From Ranitomeya imitator (lineage: Eukaryota), in the NCBI RefSeq assembly GCF_032444005.1, contig NC_091284.1, positions 197,904,001 through 197,968,000 on the forward strand: a DNA stretch of 64,000 nt, read 5' to 3'. The translations under genes and the position numbers were made by a program. This document shows positions 59,800 through 64,000 of this stretch, in pieces. Numbering within the stretch: position 1 is the first letter of the stretch; each line of letters starts with the position of its first letter. The notes under the pieces were generated by a model that was not told where the DNA came from, made no database searches, and saw only the letters and a program-made list of their open reading frames with translations.

Positions 59800-62700
59800 C
59801 ATTAATTTTATATAACTTACTAATATTCTAAAAGATAGAGCAGGCCGGAGCGAGCTGTCCTTCTCCCCCCCCAGATTGCGTACGTGCAGGCCGACATGAG
59901 GGGTTTGGAGCAGAAGGGTAGAGGGTGGGGTTATTTTAAGGGGTGGGGGGTAATATGCATTAAGGGAGTTTATAGGGCAATGAGGGGGTGGGGTTAACTA
60001 GTTCCCGCTGTGGAGGCAATCAGGAGATACCTACAGGATGGTAGCAGTAGAGCAGATGCTGCAACGGCTGCGGGTGGCTGCGGAAAATCAGCCTCCAGGC
60101 TGGCTGAAGTCCCAGGTGGCCAGAATCCTGGGCGGAGGCAGCGGGGACATTCCGTCGGTGGCTGGCAGCGAGCGGCGCTCCCGCGGGTCCGGCCTCCAGA
60201 GCGCTTATCCCCGGATGTGCCTCAATGCAGGCGCAGGAGCCTCTCCAGGGACCCTCCAGACCGAGTGCCCGCCTGCAAGCGTCCAAGCAGGGCCCGGTCC
60301 AGGAAGAATCCACCTGCGGCGGTGGATAGGCCTTATCCTCCCTCGCTCCGGTGGGCGGGGCCTCCACACGCCGGACCGTTGGGTGCTTCCGGTGATGTCA
60401 TGGCGGGTCGCCGCGGTGATGCTTCCGCTGGGCAGCCCGCTTCCTATGCAGGACAGAGACAGTGGGGGAGAGCCTGTGCTGCTGCAGCAACGGGCAGCGC
60501 CGCCGGACTTGTAGGGCTGCTGGGCCTGACCAGTGACCCTGGATCATCACCTGCTTCATCAGCCAGATCTGGGAGGAGCCGTGTCCGAGGGTCTGAGGGG
60601 ATCGCCTCTTGCGGTGGGTCTGTGCAGGGGTGCCTTCACATCAGGCCGCATTGGGATCGACAGCAGCGGGCCTGGACGGGGCCGGAACGTCACGGTCCTC
60701 ATCGCGCGACAAGCCACAGCTTCCAGGGGGTCCACAGAGCGGATCGGGAGCCGGTGACTGCTGGACGAGCGGGACGTCTGCGGCTGGGGGGACCCCAGCT
60801 CCCCTGCTGCCTGGTGAGCAAGACTGTCTGTTCTGTTACCGACGCTATCGTTTTCACCGGTAGGGGGGGTTAGTCAGGCGGGTGGGGCGGTGATTACGGG
60901 GGAGCATGCGAGGGTTCGGTCTAATTTGGGGAATGAAGGGGTAGGCGAGTTGTTATCTAGCGTCCATGAGTTGCTCACACGGTTGGGAGGTGTTAGGTCG
61001 GTGCCGTCACCTTTGGCTGCGTGGGTTGGTCCTACGGACTTGGGTCTAGGTGTGTAGGGTGGGGGTTCTTTGGCACCGAGCAGGTCATTGGAGCCAGTGT
61101 CCGTGCAGACGGAAAAGGAGGAGGGCGGGATTTGTTTGGACGATAAAGCGCGGGGCAAGGTTTATGTTTGTTTTGAGGGGCTGTTGGGGGCTCATTTAAA
61201 AAAGGAAGTAACATAGTAACATAGTTAGTAAGGCCGAAAAAAGACATTTGTCCATCCAGTTCAGCCTATATTCCATCATAATAAATCCCCAGATCTACGT
61301 CCTTCTACAGAACCTAATAATTGTATGATATAGTAACATAGTTAGTAAGGCCGAAAAAAGTGAGGGAGAAGATTTGGAAAGATGAGTACGTGGAGATCTT
61401 TTCGCTCCTTCATTTGGAAAAATTTAATTTAGATAAGAGCAAGAAGGAGGACAGTAAGAAGGAGGAGGAGGAGAAACGGGATGGCGTCTTATTCCTCAGA
61501 TTTTCGTGAACTGGCTTCAAGCGTTCGCGATTCTGGCGAGTGTAGTTGGCGAAAAGGCTCCTGAAAACTGTTCTGCCTTATTTTGCTATATGGATTCGAT
61601 AGGTGAGGCACACAAGGCATATGGGGGTCAGGCCTGGCTCCGGTACGACGAGCAGTTTAGGCAGCGGAAGGCGGTTCGTCCGGCGATGGGATCAGAAGGA
61701 CATTGGTTTGTGCTTGTGGGTTATGGCGCCAACAAAATTTGGCCATTCCTTTCAAGGCGGGGCCGGAACTCCTGGCCAAACTGCATCGCAAGGAAGTTCT
61801 TCGGGATCAGGAGGTCAGTCCGGACAATCGGGAGGCCAGAAGCATGGTTTATGCTGGCAGTTTAATGACTGCCAGTGCAAATTCGGAGCTACTTGTAAGT
61901 TCAAGCACGCGTGCTCGCACTGCAGTGGATCTTCCCATGGTGCCGCCAAGTGCTTTAAGAAAGGGAAGCCAAAGGGCAATTCAAAAGGGGGTGACGCCAG
62001 TGAGGCTGGATGCGATGGTCCCCTATCTAAATCGGTTCCCGGATTGGGAAAAAGCGGAGTTATTGTTATTGGGTTTTTGCGATGGTTTTCGTATACCCGC
62101 TCATCCTTTTGGTATACCTCAAGTTTTGAAGAATTTAAGATCAGCCGTGTTACACGCTGCTGTGGAAAAGTTGAATAAGGAGGTTTCGTTCGGTAGGATG
62201 TCCGGACCATTCCCTGTTCCGCCACTAGAGGATTTGGTAGTTTCGCTGTTGGGCGTGGTTCCAAAGAAGGAGCCAAACAAGTTTTGGCTGATTCAGCATT
62301 TGTCATACCCTTGGGGGAGGTCCGTGAACGACGGGATAGATCCAGAGCTTTGTTCTGTGGTTTATACGTCTTTTGACGAGGCAGTTCACTGGGTGCATAG
62401 TTGTGGTAGGGGTGTGCTGTTGGCCAAGACCGATTTTGAGTCGGCTTTTCGGTTACTACCTGTTCATCCGGATGAGGCTGTTGGGTTGCTATTGGAATGG
62501 GGGTTTTTACGTTGATAGATGTTTGCCGATGGATTGCTCGTTGTCTTGCGCATACTTTGAGGCTTTTAGTTCCTTTCTTGAGTGGGTCGTTCGGGATGTG
62601 TCTGGTTTGGATTCACTGGTACATTACTTGATGACTTTTTGTGCATCGGGCCGGGTCGGTCCGGATGTTGTGACATTGCATTGAAGACAGTGATCTGGGT

Positions 62701-64000
62701 GGCAGAACGTTTTGGCGTCCCGTTGGCGCCGGAAAAAACGAAGTGCCTAGCACGAGTCTTTCATTTCTGGGCATTGTTATCAATTCAGTTAACTGGGAGT
62801 TTCGGTTACCGGAGGAGAAAGTGGTTGGATTAAGAAGGGAGGTGGCTCGAGCGCATCGCTTAAAGAAGCTGCCATTGCGTGAGGTTCAGTCCCTTCTCAG
62901 TAAATTGAATTTTGCTTGCAGGATTATCCCAATGGGGAGGGTGTTTTCACGTAGGTTAGCTGGTGCCACCGCGGGGGTTAAGGCCCCGCATCATTTTGTT
63001 CGCTTGTCTAGCGAGCACAAAGCCGATTTGGAGGTGTGGGACAGTTTTTTGGCACGGTACAATGGCCGTTCGTTGCTGATGGAGGAAGTGGTGGGTAACG
63101 CTGACTCGAATTTATTCACCGATGCTTCGGGCGGTGTTTGTTTTGGCACCTTTTTTTGGTGGCCGGTGGTATGCCACTAGGTGGCCCGATGACTGGTTCG
63201 GTTCTGGGTTAGTGAAGAACGTCACTTTGTTGGAAATCTTTCCTATCCTGGTTGCCGTTTATCTGTGGAAGGAGGATTTGCGCAATAGAAGGGTTCGCTT
63301 TAATTGTGACAATATGGCAGTTGTCTGTGTCATCAACAGTTTGACGGCATCTTTTCCCCGGTTATCAGGGTTCTTCGTCAGTTGCTGTTGTTCTGCATGT
63401 CTATCAATGCATATATCACGGCGTCTCATGTGCCTGGAGTGGAGAACTCTATTGCTGACTGTCTCGATTTCAGTGGGAGTGTTTCCGGTCTCTGGCCCCG
63501 GATGCAGAGGAGGCGGGGCTGGACTACCCGCCAGAGCTTTGGAGCGTGGTATCCGGGCTGCAGGACCTTTGATTCACGCATCTTTGGCACCCAACACTTG
63601 GTCGGCATACCGGTCGGTATGGTGTGATTGGGAGTCCTGGTTGTTGTCATGCGGGGCTTCTAACGCGGGTGAAGATCAAGTGGGTGCCTTGTTGTTGTGG
63701 TTGAGATGCGGTGCTGATGAGGGGTGGTTGCCGACGAAGGTGGATAGAGTTAGGTCGGCTTTGGCCTTTGGTTTTCAGCTTTGAGGATTGCGGGATTTGA
63801 CAAAATTGTTTCTGGTGAGGCAGGCGGTGAAAGGTTTTAGAAGCAGGGTGGGACGAGGGGATCGCAGGCGCCCAGTCTCTTTTGGCATGTTGAAAAAGGT
63901 TGGCGTGCGTTTAGACGAGATTTGTATATCCAACTTTGAGGTGGCTCTTTTCCATTGAGCCTTTTCCCTTGCATTTTTTGGAGCTTTGAGGGTTGGAGAG
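59800..64000 (+). mobile_element. Ngaro-type (DIRS order) tyrosine-recombinase retrotransposon, decayed, runs off the window
   Basis: gag-like (WLQAFAILAS, AWLRYDEQFRQRK, CWQFN..C.FG..CKFKHACSHC..SH zinc finger); RT (VPKKEPNKF.LIQHLSYP, LAKTDFESAFRLLPVHP, HYLDDF); RNase H (LFTDASG, LEIFPI, CDNMAVV); YR N-terminus (LAPNTWSAY). Left boundary is approximate. Confidence 0.85.
61209..61360 (-). mobile_element. CR1-like LINE 3' end fragment inserted in the Ngaro gag
   Basis: (ctatgttac)n-type tail on the - strand; removing it restores GAHLKKE-VREKIWKDEYV. Confidence 0.65.

Noticed and set aside
60010-60873. 287-aa Arg/Gly-rich ORF
   Set aside because: Alternative frame over the GC-rich decayed Ngaro gag region; no recognisable domain.

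Overview
Eukaryotic genomic DNA, most likely from an anuran (frog) judging by the repeat families (inference), with three N-gaps. The only host gene is the 3' half of MOV10 (UPF1-like SF1 RNA helicase) on the + strand. It has 13 coding exons, 13203..57445, all with GT-AG boundaries and a continuous frame (about 498 aa plus stop), running from Walker A GPPGTGKT to the C-terminal EPAWRHEH*. The upstream exons lie outside the window or in the gaps. Most of the remaining sequence is nested transposable elements: hAT elements and MITEs (8-bp TSDs), PIF/Harbinger-type MITEs (TWA TSDs), Tc1/mariner elements (one 340-aa open transposase ORF and two near-identical sister copies), piggyBac-like TTAA elements, two non-autonomous Helitrons, solo LTRs with 6-bp TSDs, an L2/CR1 LINE, a full DIRS1-type tyrosine-recombinase retroelement (ITRs, ICR, methyltransferase-like domain) and an Ngaro-type element at the right edge. 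The most interesting signals are Penelope-type hammerhead ribozyme motifs in inverted pairs inside MOV10 introns (one canonical, one U3-A8 variant), a ~1.8-kb foldback with two CTCF-like motifs in its loop, and young inverted Tc1 copies bracketing MOV10 exons. No prokaryotic features or CRISPR arrays are present. All identities are judged by eye; no searches were run.
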